In this document: piece after piece, positions 24,541-35,852 of the stretch
Numbering within the stretch: the stretch's first letter is position 1
How the letters are laid out: every line of letters begins with the position of its first letter
DNA from: Epithemia pelagica
Taxonomy: Eukaryota; Protista; Bacillariophyta
DNA length: 64,000 nt
NCBI GenBank assembly: GCA_946965045.2
Contig: OX337241.1
Span: 2,666,001 to 2,730,000 of the forward strand
Direction: 5' to 3'
Translations under genes and position numbers: made by a program
The notes under the pieces: generated by a model
Database searches by the model: none
Seen by the model: the letters and a program-made list of their open reading frames with translations, nothing else
What the model was told of the DNA's origin: nothing

Positions 24541-27500
24541 TTACTTGGCATCCTTTGAGACAGTTGTGGATTCTTCCATGACGGCCAAGGGTGGTGGTTC
24601 AGCAGCACCAGCAGACGCTGTGGTTTTGGCACGCTTGGCCGCCCGTTCTGGTTCGGAAGTGTCGTCGTTTTCTTCGTTGTTTTTGTCGTCGTCGTTCTCA
24701 TCGTCTTCGTCATCTTCGGTGGGTGGATCATGTCCCAAGGCTTGAAGTTTGGCTCGCACTTGGGACAGTTCGTGCATGCGTGCCATGTAATCTTGGACCA
24801 GCGCATTGTGCAAATCTCGCGTTTTGGTCACCATGACGGACGCATAGGTTCCCATATTGCCCGTTTCGTGCATGTCCACACTCAACCCCTGCAACAAGAG
24901 CTCTCGATTTTTCTTGGCAATCAGGTTCAAGTGCTGGTCGTTTATACTCCCACTCTTGTTGTTGCTCTTATTGGGGAGACGCGTGTGACCAAATCGTCGG
25001 GCGAGATTGCGGGCATACTGAGCGCCGCCACCGACAAAAATTTCCACGGGACCTTGTTTGGGTCCATGCAAAAAGGCATCCAACGAGGGAATAAAGGTGT
25101 GGGCCGTGGGCATGCGCCAGGTAAAGGCGGGTGGACCACCCCGTGTTTGATCCAGCAAGACTTGTTCTTCTTGCAACAATTCTTGGACATGCAATTGATC
25201 AATCCGTCCATGAATGTAATGAATGACTCGTTCCGTGGCTTCTGGATGACTGGCTTGGACGGTACTGGTCAAGACAAGACTTTGCAAGACGGTATCGGCA
25301 TCGGACAAAACAGACCGCGGCGCTGTACTGGCCCAAGTTTCAATCCGTTCCAACATGGCCGGCGTCCCATGGACGAGCAATTCCTGCACCACGACTCCAA
25401 TTTTGCTCGCCTTCCAAATTCCACCACTTGTGACATGAGTTTTGGTATACACGGCCTTTTTACTGGGATTGCTGCTGTCTTGGACCACGAGCAAATCGAC
25501 CAAATCCGTCAAGAGCGAGTCCCACAACTGGCGGGCCGATTCGGTCGACGACGACGCAGTCAAGGATTGAATGGCGGGTATTTGATCGGCATAGGTTTCC
25601 ACCAATTGGGTAATGGACAAATTGACGGGCGACGTCCAATTGCGTTTGCGAATGCGGGCCAAACAGGCCAGGACGACCGTTTGAATGGCATCCTTCCAGG
25701 TCTGCATCCGCATCAAGGTTTGCAATCGTTTGTACAATTTGCCGGCATAGGTGGAATTGTAATGAAAAAATTTGGAATAACAGGCCGCCAGGGCCGTTTC
25801 ATCATTGGAGGCCTCATTGAAATACTGAATGGTTTCGTGCAACAACGTGGCAATCATGGGGGCGGCCGGCGAGCCCAATTCTTTGGACAAGGCATACCAT
25901 CGTTCCACCAGGGCCACGAGTAAATTGCACGTGGCCTTTTTTCCCGCGCGGGTGACTTGTTGCCAAAAGGTGCGAATACACGCAAGTTTGGGATCGTACC
26001 AGCCATATTCCTTGATCAGGGAACAAAAGAGGGACGACACGGCATGGGAGGGCAAGGCGGCATGGGGTAAGGCTTGGACCAAAATGGGCAAGAGGGTCCA
26101 ATAGGATCGTTGTTGGTGTTGGCCACCGCCTTCGAGGAGGGAATGCAAACTCTTGAAGGTATCCCAGGAAATGACTTGGTTCGAATCTTGGAGGTATTGA
26201 ATGGCGCGATCGAGCAAGATTGGTTTGGTGTGGACGGCTTGAACGGCTCGAGAAAAATCAAATTGACACAATCGTTCAAAGACACGATCGGAACAAAAGG
26301 CAATCAAGAGTCGTGTCGTATACAGAGCTTCGGTGGGTTTTGGCGGAGTGGGTTTGGACGCGGGTGGTTTCTTCTTTTTGGGTTTCTTCGTCGTGCTGGT
26401 CGTCGTTGGCATTTGGGTCAATGTCAGTGTTGTCGTTGTCGTTGTGGTGGTGCCGGTATTGCCGGAGGGTGGAGCAATCAAGGTGGGAGACGTGGCGTTG
26501 GGTGCAATAATGAGCTTGGCGGAAATGGTCCGTCCCGCAGCACCCAGAGGTTGGGAGGCGTCACTCGTATTCGTCGTACTAGTAGTACTAGGACGACTGC
26601 CTGGTTCGGCAGTGGGTGCAGGCTTGGATGGTGGTGGTGGCGGTTTTTGGTTCTTATTCTTGGTTTGATTCTTCTTCGTGTCCTGGTCGGATTCCGTTTG
26701 GATGGTCCACATGGCGGCGCACGTGGCGGGTGTGGCCACGACATGACCACCGTCGTGAATCGACCTTAAGTCCAATTGGGGGGCCAACCACGGCACTTGG
26801 GCCCGGGCATCGTCTCCCCCCTCTTGGGCAAAGACTTCGGAAAAGGACACCAAGGAAGATGATGTTGTCGATGTCGTCGTGGTGGTACTACGACTGCCCT
26901 TGGCTTGTGATTGTGGTGGTGTGGTTCGTCGTTGGACGGCCGTAACGAGGACCAGTTCCCATCCCCCGACATGCCGAACGGTGCGGGCCAAGGCCCGGTC
27001 CACGCCGTGCAAGGCTCCGACGCCCAATCGGGCCAAGGCGGCACCGGTATAGGTGTGTTGCAACGGCACGGCCCACAACGAACACGTGTCATTGTTCGTG
27101 GGCAATTGACGCAGGGCCGACACCAAGGGACTACTACTACTCAACAAGTCCACGCCCAAGGGGGGTTGCGTGCGGAAATCATTTTTGCGCTTGGTATAAT
27201 ACAAGCCGTAATAGAGGGACACGCGTGTGCCACTGGTCACGACCGAGCCGTGTCGCTGACAATCAATGTAATGGGCCAGATAGTGACAGACAAAGGGAGC
27301 CGTGGATTCCTCCTCCATGTTGTACGTGTACGTGTGGGATTGTTGTCGTGGTCGCGAGTCGTCTGCTTCGTCGTCCGCCACGTCTTGATCGGGATGAGAA
27401 ATGGTCCAGGATCCTCCCGTAAAGCGACTGGGCAGTTGGACGAGCAGTGTCGCAAAGCGTCCCTTGCTGGTCGTTGGAGTGGACGAATCTACATCCAGGT

Positions 27501-28320
27501 ACGATTCCTCATGGTTGTTGTCATCTTCGTTGGAAGCACATCGATGCAAGATGAGCTTGTGCAATTCGGCATGGACCAAGACGGGATTGACCCCGAGTTC
27601 GTGACAGACCTTGGTCACCACTCCCTCCAAGGCCAGGGACCAGGCCGGATTGGTCAGGGCGAGTTGCGAACTGCGAATGTCCCACGCATTGGGATTTGTA
27701 TTCGTGGTATTGGTGGTAGTGTGGGGATGGGAAGGATAGGGTGAATGATGATGATGATGGAGCATGAGGACGGTTTCCCGACCTCGTCGATGCAAGACGG
27801 GTCGATGATGCGGTTGGACAGTTGTCGTGGTGGTGGTACTGGGCCGTGTCGCCGCCGCCAAGGGAATCAATTGGGTCGCCACATTGGAATTCACGGGCAA
27901 GGCCACTTCTCCCAGACCATCCACCACGAGGCCGGGAAGGGCGGGCAATTCCTTGGACACACCCGCCGTACACAAGGATCCCGGCGGAGGCGCTCGTGTC
28001 AAGCAATCCATGGCTTGGAGGACGTCGTGCAAGGTCGTGGGTGTGGTCGTCGTCGTTGTCGTGGTGGTTGCTTTCGGTGCAGTGGCTTCTGGCACACTTG
28101 CTTCGTCTTCAGTTGGATCATCATCATCATCGTCGTCATGGTCATTCTTCTTGTGGTTCTTGTTCTTGTTCTGGTCGGCTTGATCGAGAGATTCCATGGA
28201 ATGTCGAATGGCCGAGGACGACGACGAGGCCGTCGTATACGAAGCATCGTCGTCGTCATCGTCTTGGGCAGCAGCAGCCGCGGCAGCAGTCGATCGACTG
28301 GGTAAGACGCGATCCGTCAT
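24541..28320 (-). CDS. 1259-aa protein with a degenerate 2OG-Fe(II) oxygenase-like N-terminal domain
   Basis: PGLVVDGLGEVALPV, HAELHKL, GRFATLLVQLPSRFTGG and HYIDC...VTSGTRVSLYYGL match the fungal/oomycete 2OG-Fe(II) family pattern. C-terminal FTWRMP...FL...G...V.VTKT block; acidic tail. Confidence 0.8.
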   Translation of the reverse strand: MTDRVLPSRSTAAAAAAAQDDDDDDASYTTASSSSSAIRHSMESLDQADQNKNKNHKKNDHDDDDDDDPTEDEASVPEATAPKATTTTTTTTTPTTLHDVLQAMDCLTRAPPPGSLCTAGVSKELPALPGLVVDGLGEVALPVNSNVATQLIPLAAATRPSTTTTTTVQPHHRPVLHRRGRETVLMLHHHHHSPYPSHPHTTTNTTNTNPNAWDIRSSQLALTNPAWSLALEGVVTKVCHELGVNPVLVHAELHKLILHRCASNEDDNNHEESYLDVDSSTPTTSKGRFATLLVQLPSRFTGGSWTISHPDQDVADDEADDSRPRQQSHTYTYNMEEESTAPFVCHYLAHYIDCQRHGSVVTSGTRVSLYYGLYYTKRKNDFRTQPPLGVDLLSSSSPLVSALRQLPTNNDTCSLWAVPLQHTYTGAALARLGVGALHGVDRALARTVRHVGGWELVLVTAVQRRTTPPQSQAKGSRSTTTTTSTTSSSLVSFSEVFAQEGGDDARAQVPWLAPQLDLRSIHDGGHVVATPATCAAMWTIQTESDQDTKKNQTKNKNQKPPPPPSKPAPTAEPGSRPSTTSTTNTSDASQPLGAAGRTISAKLIIAPNATSPTLIAPPSGNTGTTTTTTTTLTLTQMPTTTSTTKKPKKKKPPASKPTPPKPTEALYTTRLLIAFCSDRVFERLCQFDFSRAVQAVHTKPILLDRAIQYLQDSNQVISWDTFKSLHSLLEGGGQHQQRSYWTLLPILVQALPHAALPSHAVSSLFCSLIKEYGWYDPKLACIRTFWQQVTRAGKKATCNLLVALVERWYALSKELGSPAAPMIATLLHETIQYFNEASNDETALAACYSKFFHYNSTYAGKLYKRLQTLMRMQTWKDAIQTVVLACLARIRKRNWTSPVNLSITQLVETYADQIPAIQSLTASSSTESARQLWDSLLTDLVDLLVVQDSSNPSKKAVYTKTHVTSGGIWKASKIGVVVQELLVHGTPAMLERIETWASTAPRSVLSDADTVLQSLVLTSTVQASHPEATERVIHYIHGRIDQLHVQELLQEEQVLLDQTRGGPPAFTWRMPTAHTFIPSLDAFLHGPKQGPVEIFVGGGAQYARNLARRFGHTRLPNKSNNKSGSINDQHLNLIAKKNRELLLQGLSVDMHETGNMGTYASVMVTKTRDLHNALVQDYMARMHELSQVRAKLQALGHDPPTEDDEDDENDDDKNNEENDDTSEPERAAKRAKTTASAGAAEPPPLAVMEESTTVSKDAK

Positions 28321-28924
28321 GGTACTTACAATCTACCACTCGTAAAATGTGGTGTCTGGGTTCGAATATTCGCTTGTTCTTGTTGTTTGTTGTGGTTCTC
28401 GTTCGTTCTGGTACGCACAACACCACACCCCTTGTTCGTTCTCTCAACTCTCAACGCCTCAAACTGGAAGGCAGCAACAGCAACAAACAACACCAACAGG
28501 GCAGCAACAAACAATAACCGAACCAAAAGAGTCCACCTTCCGCAACTACGCCCTGGCGTGGATTCAACGGTTAGAGAGGAGGAGCCAGTTGAGCTTCCAA
28601 CCCCCAGCGTGAGAGAAAGGCAGTCCAACACTGGAGGGAGCAGTGATTCCGTGCCCACCCCGCCGTCGGGAGGTACCACCCACGGGCAACCCTGGGCGTG
28701 GCGAACTGTCACACCCGCTCAAGATTGAGACAACCCAAGTTCCCGCGGCTCATCCGGCGTGCCGGCGTTCCAGAAGTAATAGCTACGCTAGCTATAGCTA
28801 GAGTGCACCTCAATGGCTTGGAAACACTGGTGATGGTTGGCAACGACCGATTCCTTCGGATCCCTCTACGATACCCTGATACGATCAATCTCTCTAGACT
28901 CTAGAGAGTAGAGAGCTCTACTAG

Positions 28925-29874
28925 CTACCTACTAAAGCTCGAGTGTTGATGAACCGAGACCATGGGAGTCCTTCCAGTTGCCGACTGCCGGGACCTTGTT
29001 GTGCGGGGGCTTTTTCTGCCTCTGGAACGACTGCTATGGAATGGGAGTCGGAATATCCACTGATCGTCGTCCTCGTCATCATCACCCCGTGTTGGTTGGT
29101 TGGTTGGTTCGCACGCACACACAGGTGTGTGCAGCTCTGGATGGGATGGGTCAAATAAAAAATGGTGCATTCGGGTCGGAAGAGAATGGGGCAATTCCTT
29201 CTTCTTCTTCTTCTGCTTCTTCTGCTTCTTCATGGGCCACTGAATCGGCCGGAATACTGCCGAGTTTGCTCGTTTATGCTGCGTAAGCACCTCTCGTCGA
29301 GAACTCTACACAGCCATGGCTCGGATCGGGTGTTACACCTTCTTTGTTGGTGGGGTCCTCAGTCCCACACGATCATCTCACACTCTGGTCGTTCTTGTTC
29401 CGTGCTAGTAGAGTGGTGGTGGTGGTGGTCTCATTGGGCGGCAGTCTCTTACTGCTTCTGGTCGGACGACGACGCAAAGGTGGTAAAGAACCAAATTACA
29501 AAGAGGACAAAGGATACCAGAACAATACCTTCTCTCGGCGACAGTCGTTGTTTCTGTTTTTGGTCGTGTTGTTGTTCGTTTCGACGTTGCTGTCGTTGTT
29601 GCCGTTTCCACTCGCGTTGTCGCGCACGACGATACGACAACGGTGGTCGTTCGTCGTCGTCCCACCACAATGGCGTGTCCATGTCGTCGTGATCATTCTC
29701 TTTTTCATTCTTGGTATCCTCATTCTTTTGTAAGAATCGTTGCATGGCGGAATCGTCGTCTGGCACGTCCAATCTTCTCATTATTATTTGTTTGTTCTTC
29801 TCCCTTCGTCTCGGACTCGTCTTTCCTCTTTCTTGGGTCCCTTTCATTTGGGTGTCGTCGATCGTCGTTGTCAT
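28925..29874 (-). CDS. Hypothetical single-TM protein, probably spliced; 3' structure uncertain
   Basis: ORF 29449..29874 has a charged N-terminus and a TM (GIVLVSFVLFVIWFF) and ends at a gtaaga donor-like site. ORF 28925..29290 lies downstream. Exon joining was not resolved. Confidence 0.35.
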
Positions 29875-30013
29875 TGGTTTTGTTTCAATATGTGCGTCTT
29901 AGGAGCGACCCTTTTGGAGGGCCCCATCCTCCCCCCCCCCGGGGGTGACCTACCCCGTCATTTGCGAGGACCAACGAGAACCTCCGCTCCACACACACAA
30001 TCCAAACACCACC

Positions 30014-30933
30014 ATGATGAATACAGTGTTGGTTCCATTGAACCAGCTCTTGGCGCTGGCCCGAGAGAATCCATTCGTCACCTTGGTCCTTGTCGTGGTC
30101 CTGTTGCAACTGGCGAAGCGGTCCAAGCATGGTACGTCGTCGTAGTCGTATTCGGCGTGGTCGTCGTGTGGGTGATTGTGTATATTCGGTGACAACAACG
30201 CCACCACATGGGGTTCGCTGCCTCTTGCTGCAAGTCTAGTAGAGGAGTGTTGGTTGACACGCGAAACAATCCATTCATTCTGGACGCTCATTCTGTTTCT
30301 TGTTTGTTTTGTAGTCTTTCAGGGGGTAGGAAACTGGCTGGGATCAACGAGGACCACCAACTCATCCACGACACTGTCCTACCAGGAACTGTCGTCGTCG
30401 CCCTCGTCCAACAATACTAACAATAATCAGCAAACTCGCCGCCCAGTCGTATCCAACGATTTGCAACGGGTTCGAGAATTGCAACAAGAACGAGCGAATG
30501 AACTAGCCCAACGAGCGGCCGAAGAACGCAAAAAGAAAGACGAACAAGAACGCAAACGCAAAAACAGTGTCGCTCAACTGAATCCCAACCACAAGACTGG
30601 AGGAGGACGGACCTTGGGTGGTAGTTCCTCCAGTTCTCAACGAACCAGTACTACGGATCGTGGTGGATACAATCCCATGCAACCCTGGACGGCTGGAACA
30701 AGTGGATATCGGTACGTGATGATGATGATGATGCGATTCAGCGTCTTTAATTTGTGTGTGTTTGTAACTGTCTTTATTTTCTTCGTGTGTGGGATTCTCA
30801 TGGATGCCTGTCGTGTACGTGCTCTGGTTTTGGGATTTCCATTGCCTCTCTCTCTCTCTCTCTCGCCGTAATACAACATACAACATATTACAGACCGCAA
30901 CGAAGGACGGTCAGCCGTGGATGAGGACGGTAG
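30014..30933 (+). CDS. SELENOS: Selenoprotein S (VIMP)-like protein, 209 aa, putative Sec at UGA 30922-30924; exons 30014-30131, 30240-30711, 30894-30933
   Basis: 630 nt in frame. Hydrophobic segments are followed by the coiled coil LQRVRELQQERANELAQRAAEERKKKDEQERKRK and the C-terminus RGGYNPMQPWTAGTSGYRPQRRTVSRG-UGA-GR-stop. This parallels SelS GGYNPL...SWRPGRRGPSSGGUG. Confidence 0.82.
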
Positions 30934-31055
30934 TTCCATTGCTGCGGCTCCCTCCATTCGTCAAGTCCAGGAATGACTTGTGGGGAATGGAGTTGTTGGA
31001 GTTGCAGCAATGGCAAACCAGAAGGACAGCGTTTTTTGGGACACGTGTGTGTGTT

Positions 31056-31149
31056 GCGGGCGACCGTCGAATGATGAGAGAACGACTCGGTATATCCATA
31101 TATGCTGGTGCACCAGTCTCTCTCTCGGAACAGGATTGCGTTGGCTTGC
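31056..31149 (+). promoter_or_regulatory. Candidate SECIS element in the SelS 3' UTR
   Basis: Core ATGAT (31071-75) / GGAA (31127-30). Helix II of 12 positions, GAGAGAACGACT/AGTCTCTCTCTC, has 2 mismatches. A helix I can form below; the apical AA is missing. Confidence 0.55.
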
Positions 31150-31808
31150 GCTCATCAAGTGTGTGGTGGTGATGGTGATTTGGTGGGGGAAAGCGAAACC
31201 AAACAAACAAACCACGGACTCTCGTGTCCATTGGCTGTTTTTCGATCCAGAAATACCAAAAAACCGATACAAACTATTATATTGCATAAAAGGATTGTTG
31301 ATCTCGTTAATACGATTGGTGGATCTTGTCCAACTACACTCCTCTTGTTGTTGTGTTTGCGTCGTCGTGTCATTCGAATATAGGATGGCTCGATTTGTAT
31401 TCTGTAGGCGCGATTCTTTGCGTGGCAATTTGTCGTGAGATGCTCTGTTCTAAAGTCAGTGCTACCTGTTGGGGAGAGAGAGCAACGCATAGGGCGCGGT
31501 TGGTTGCAATGCTGTGGTTGTTGGTTTGGTCGGATCATTCAACACACAAGCGTGTCGTTGGTTTGGAAGGAACCGAACATCAAATATCCGCGTGGCCGAA
31601 CCACAGCGACTGTCCGAAACACATACACACACATAATGCTCGGCGGTCCACCGTTTGGACTGTTCTACGACTACAAGAAGCAACGTTTGTGTGCACCGTT
31701 GTGGTTCAGTTTGTGTGGCACTCGACCCAACAACCACAACCACAACAACCGCCGCAACCAACCATCCAAACAGCAGCAGCGTCTCACATCGCTTGTGATG
31801 TTGTTGTC

Positions 31809-33437
31809 TTACTCGTCACCCCCTCCCGAAAAGACATCCCACAACATGCCAAACAAGCCGCCACCATCGCCATCGTCGTCATTATCATTATCGTCATTAT
31901 TCGAATTGCCCGTATCGTCAAACAATTCTCCATCGGCTGGACCGTTGGAGGTATTATTCGCAAAGGGATCGTCGTCGGTCGTTGTATCCCAAAAGGACGA
32001 CGACGACGACGACGACGAAGAGTCGGTGGAAAAGGATGTCATGTCGTCGTCCTGGAAGGTTGTTTCGTTGGAAGGGCTGGAATCGGAAGAAAACGCAGTC
32101 TCCTCCTGAGGTGACGGATCCATTGGATTTGTTGTGCTTGTGGTTGTCGTTGTGGCAGTGGAGGGTGCCGCATCGCCAAACAAGGCTTGGGGGGAATTGG
32201 CATCCACACCCGAGTCTGGATTCAGGTCCGTGGCCGAAGACGCCACGGTGGCTTGTCGATCGGCTTCGATTGCCGCCTCGGCGGATGCGGCGGCGGTTCC
32301 ATCCACTCCATCTCCTGCTGCTGCCGTCGTGGCATCTCCACTACTACTACCACCGCCCATACCAATGGGAATGCCCCATCCAATGCCACTACTTCCGGCT
32401 GGAATACGTCGCGCAATTTCGGCACACATGCGGTCGGCCGGCAAGCCTTGCAACCAGACATGACCGGGACCGGTCAAGGTGGTGACAAAGAGCCCTTCTC
32501 CACCAAACAAGACATTGGTGAGTTTGGATTGCGTTTGCACCGTGTAGTGGACGGACGGTTCGAACGCGACAATGGAACCGGACGTGACACGAATTGTTTC
32601 GTCCGCCTCCAACACTTTGTGCACGACAGTCCCACCCGCTTGGACCAACACGTCACCCGACCCGGTCAAGCGTTGCAAACAAAAGCCTTGTCCGCCAAAC
32701 AACCCGGCCGTGAGGGATTGCGTAAATTCGACCGTCAATTCCGTCGTGGGATTGCTGGCCACAAAGGCCCCGCGTTGTCCAATCAAACTTGACTCGGTAT
32801 AGTCGGACAGCGAGAGTCGCAACAATTTACTCGGAAAGGCCGTGCCCAAGGCCACCGTGGCACCCTGCGGATTATCGCCCGTATAACGAAAGTCGGTCCA
32901 AAACAAATTTTGGCCCGTCAAGGCACGACTCATGGCACTCGACAAGCCTTGCAATTGCGTATCCATTTCAATGCCGTCCTCCATGAATACCATGGCACCC
33001 GATTCGGCCCTCAAGACTTGACCCGGTGTCAAGGTAATGAGAGCCACATTGGTTTCTTGTCCCTGAATTTGACACGCGGTGGAAAAATCAATTGGAACGG
33101 TTACGGCGGTGGAGGATGGAGGTGACGACATTGTGGTGGGAGAAGAAGAAGAAGAAAAGGACGACGAGGAGGACGATGGAGGCGATGGTACAGTAGAAGA
33201 GAAATGCCGACACTGTGACTGTGCAAATGAAGTAGGAGTAGTGGTAGTTGTTGTTGGGGAGAATGGTAGGGAGGACCATGGATTTGTTCGTGTCGTTGTT
33301 GTGGGTTTGGTGGTGATGCTTTGTTGTTTGGTGGTGGTGGTGATGATTGGGTATTGTGATAGTGTGCCGAGGATTCCTCTTCTTGGTGGGACTCGGTGGA
33401 ACGGTCGTCCCAACGAAAAAAAGGACGACGAGGACAT
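31809..33437 (-). CDS. AIM24: AIM24-family protein (TIGR00266-like) with probable mitochondrial presequence and acidic tail
   Basis: LRAESGAMVFM, LTGQNLF, GLFGGQGFCLQRLTGSG and GGEGLFVTTLTGPGHVWLQ. The N-terminus is Arg/Ser/Thr-rich and lacks acidic residues. Confidence 0.9.
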   Translation of the reverse strand: MSSSSFFSLGRPFHRVPPRRGILGTLSQYPIITTTTKQQSITTKPTTTTRTNPWSSLPFSPTTTTTTPTSFAQSQCRHFSSTVPSPPSSSSSSFSSSSSPTTMSSPPSSTAVTVPIDFSTACQIQGQETNVALITLTPGQVLRAESGAMVFMEDGIEMDTQLQGLSSAMSRALTGQNLFWTDFRYTGDNPQGATVALGTAFPSKLLRLSLSDYTESSLIGQRGAFVASNPTTELTVEFTQSLTAGLFGGQGFCLQRLTGSGDVLVQAGGTVVHKVLEADETIRVTSGSIVAFEPSVHYTVQTQSKLTNVLFGGEGLFVTTLTGPGHVWLQGLPADRMCAEIARRIPAGSSGIGWGIPIGMGGGSSSGDATTAAAGDGVDGTAAASAEAAIEADRQATVASSATDLNPDSGVDANSPQALFGDAAPSTATTTTTSTTNPMDPSPQEETAFSSDSSPSNETTFQDDDMTSFSTDSSSSSSSSSFWDTTTDDDPFANNTSNGPADGELFDDTGNSNNDDNDNDDDGDGGGLFGMLWDVFSGGGDE

Positions 33438-34803
33438 TGTGTAATAGATGAGAGATGATCAACAGCAACGCGTTCTGCTGTGTTGCTTTATCGTTTTGAA
33501 CAACAATAACAAAACCTCTGCGGGGACACCAAGAACAAAGACCGTAGAAGTGAAACACGACAACCGGGAGAAGACAGAGATCGAGATTGAGACAGCAGTG
33601 ATGAGAGTGAGAAACAAGAAGAAAGGTTTCGATATGGCTCAAACACGCATCGAGCTCTCTCATTGCTCATGTCATCACACGCACACAGCTCACACTCGAA
33701 CGAGACGTGGCACGCTTCTTGGAGCTCCACTGGGAACTCTACCGTAATTTTCGGTTTCCTGTACCCCCGGAATGTGCATGGATCAGTGAGGGGGGTACAG
33801 GACCAAGAGAATTTTTACTATTTTTTTTTAAGATTCCATACGCAAGGTACAATTAACTTCATAGTATTAGTCAACTTCAACATCGGAGTAGTAGAGAAGA
33901 GTTGGTCGCACTATTCCAGATAGGGGAAAGACCGTGCTTCAACGCGTAGCCTTAACCCTAAGCATATACCCATCATGCTGTATCTCTTGTTTCTCCTCTT
34001 TAATTCACTCCCATGCAACGTCAGGCAGTGTGATAGAAAGCTCGGAACGTGAGGAATGTGGGGGTAACCCTATCACCAGGAAAGAGCCTACAGATAAAAA
34101 GTCATGGGGACATGTACATCTGAGGGGGTGGGGGTACGGGAATGCGAGGGGTACAAAACACCGAAAATTACGGTAGCTACCCTCGCCCCCGGATTTCTCA
34201 ACCCAGCTAGAGGAGAAGGATGTGGCCAGAAAAAGAGAGTCAACAACAACATCGCAACAACAAACAACACACATAACGACACGCACATACAACGTTTTGC
34301 GTCCGTCTGGATGGACGGTAACCGACAAGAAGGAGGAGGATCCTGGCGGAGACGAGACACGAGAGATAAGCATTTCTCGCCAACAAGAGGGAGCAAACTG
34401 TTCCTCACCAAACACTCACACACACACGGGACGACCAGTATCTACAATACAATACAATACATAAACTACTCTCTAGCTGAACTGGGAGTCGTCTGGAACC
34501 ATATCTACCTTCTACCTCTACCGAGTGTTTCTACACGTTCGAGAGAGTGTTGTTGCTTGCGTTGTGCTAGGAATGTGGATCTGGACAGTCACTGGTCTCT
34601 TTTTTGTCCTATTCCATTCTCGTGTTGTTGGTGAGGTTATGTTTTGGGAGGTGGTGATGGTCCTTTTTGGGGGGTGTAGCAAACACGAACCATTCAGACT
34701 CTGCACCGAAAACAAAAGTAGCAACTGCACCCATCACCATTGCTCGTGTATGGACCGGACCCGACATGTGTGTCTAAATCGCTGGCATCGTCAGTACTCT
34801 AAA

Positions 34804-35852
34804 CTAGGTTGAGAGCGAATGGGAAGAGTCGGTGGTAGTGGTAGTGGGATTGGCAACCACCGCAGGGTCCTTGTTGTCCTGGTTGTCCTTGTTGTTGCTG
34901 TGGGAGTGCTGGTCGTGAAAGAATTGCAGCGTGCGTCGTTGCATACCGTGCGCATCAAAATTGGAGGGATGCAACCAGTCCACAAGGGCCTTGTGTCGTT
35001 GCGGCCATTCGGTCGCGAGCAGGGAATACCAATTGGTATCGCGATTGGTCCCATGCGCCGTGACGCAATGACCGCGAAAACAACCTTCGTAGGTATAGCC
35101 CAATCGTTGGGCGGCGTGATTCGACGGACGATTGTGGGAATCGCACTTCCATTCCAATCGACGATAGCCTAGAGTGTGCAAGGCATGATGGGCCAACCAA
35201 TAGTGGGCTTCCGTGGCGGCGGCGGTTCGCGCCAAGGCCCGTCCATGTGCGACATTGTCCACTTCGGTCGTCCCATGAGCCGCCTGTGTCGCAATAAACG
35301 ACGCCATGCCCGCGACAATGCCCGTTTTGTGGTGGTTGGTAGTGTCAGTGGGAGTAGTGTCGTCGTCGTCGTCGTCTTCTTGGGGCAGAATACGAAAGAC
35401 ATTGGTACACACAAAGGGTGCGGCATCCGGATGCTGATTGTGGCTGGCCGGTGTTTCGGCCGTTTGAATGGAGTGGAGCAACTGGTAAAGTCATCGACCG
35501 ACTCGAGTTTCGGCAATCCATACCAATACAATCGTTCATTCACCGCCTCGGCCGTTCCTCCCAAGGCCTTGTACAATTCCACCACATCATTGGTCTTATT
35601 GTCCTGGTTATTGAGATAGCCTTGCAAATCGAGGGGATCAATCCGAACCAATCGACCCACGTGGGAGAGGGCTTGTATGGGGGGACGCGGGGTCCATTTG
35701 GACAGGTCCTCTTGTTGTTGGTGGTGGTCGTTGGCGAACGTGGAGGAATGGGTAGTCGTCATGCTTTGTACAGTAGTCTCAATGAACCAAACCCGTTGTG
35801 AAGCAGCAACCGCAAGGACTCCTAGATTTGTCGTCGTCGTCGTCGTCGTCAT
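34804..35852 (-). pseudogene. RimJ/RimL-type GNAT acetyltransferase split by a 1-nt frameshift at ~35482-35487 (pseudogene or assembly error)
   Basis: N-half WTPRPP...GRLVRIDPL...LYWYGLP is in one frame. C-half GMASF...LGYRRLEWKCDSHNRPSNHAAQRLGYTYEGCFR...RDTNWYSLL..EWP is in another. There is no room for an intron. The start could be 35852 or 35762. Confidence 0.8.

Noticed and set aside
30972-31020. Alternative SECIS cores (ATGAC at ~30973; GTGAT at ~31170)
   Set aside because: No convincing complementary helix II with a GA partner; weaker than the 31071 candidate.
33440-34800. Cluster of overlapping short ORFs between AIM24 and the GNAT
   Set aside because: Low-complexity intergenic sequence with mostly non-ATG starts and no consistent frame.
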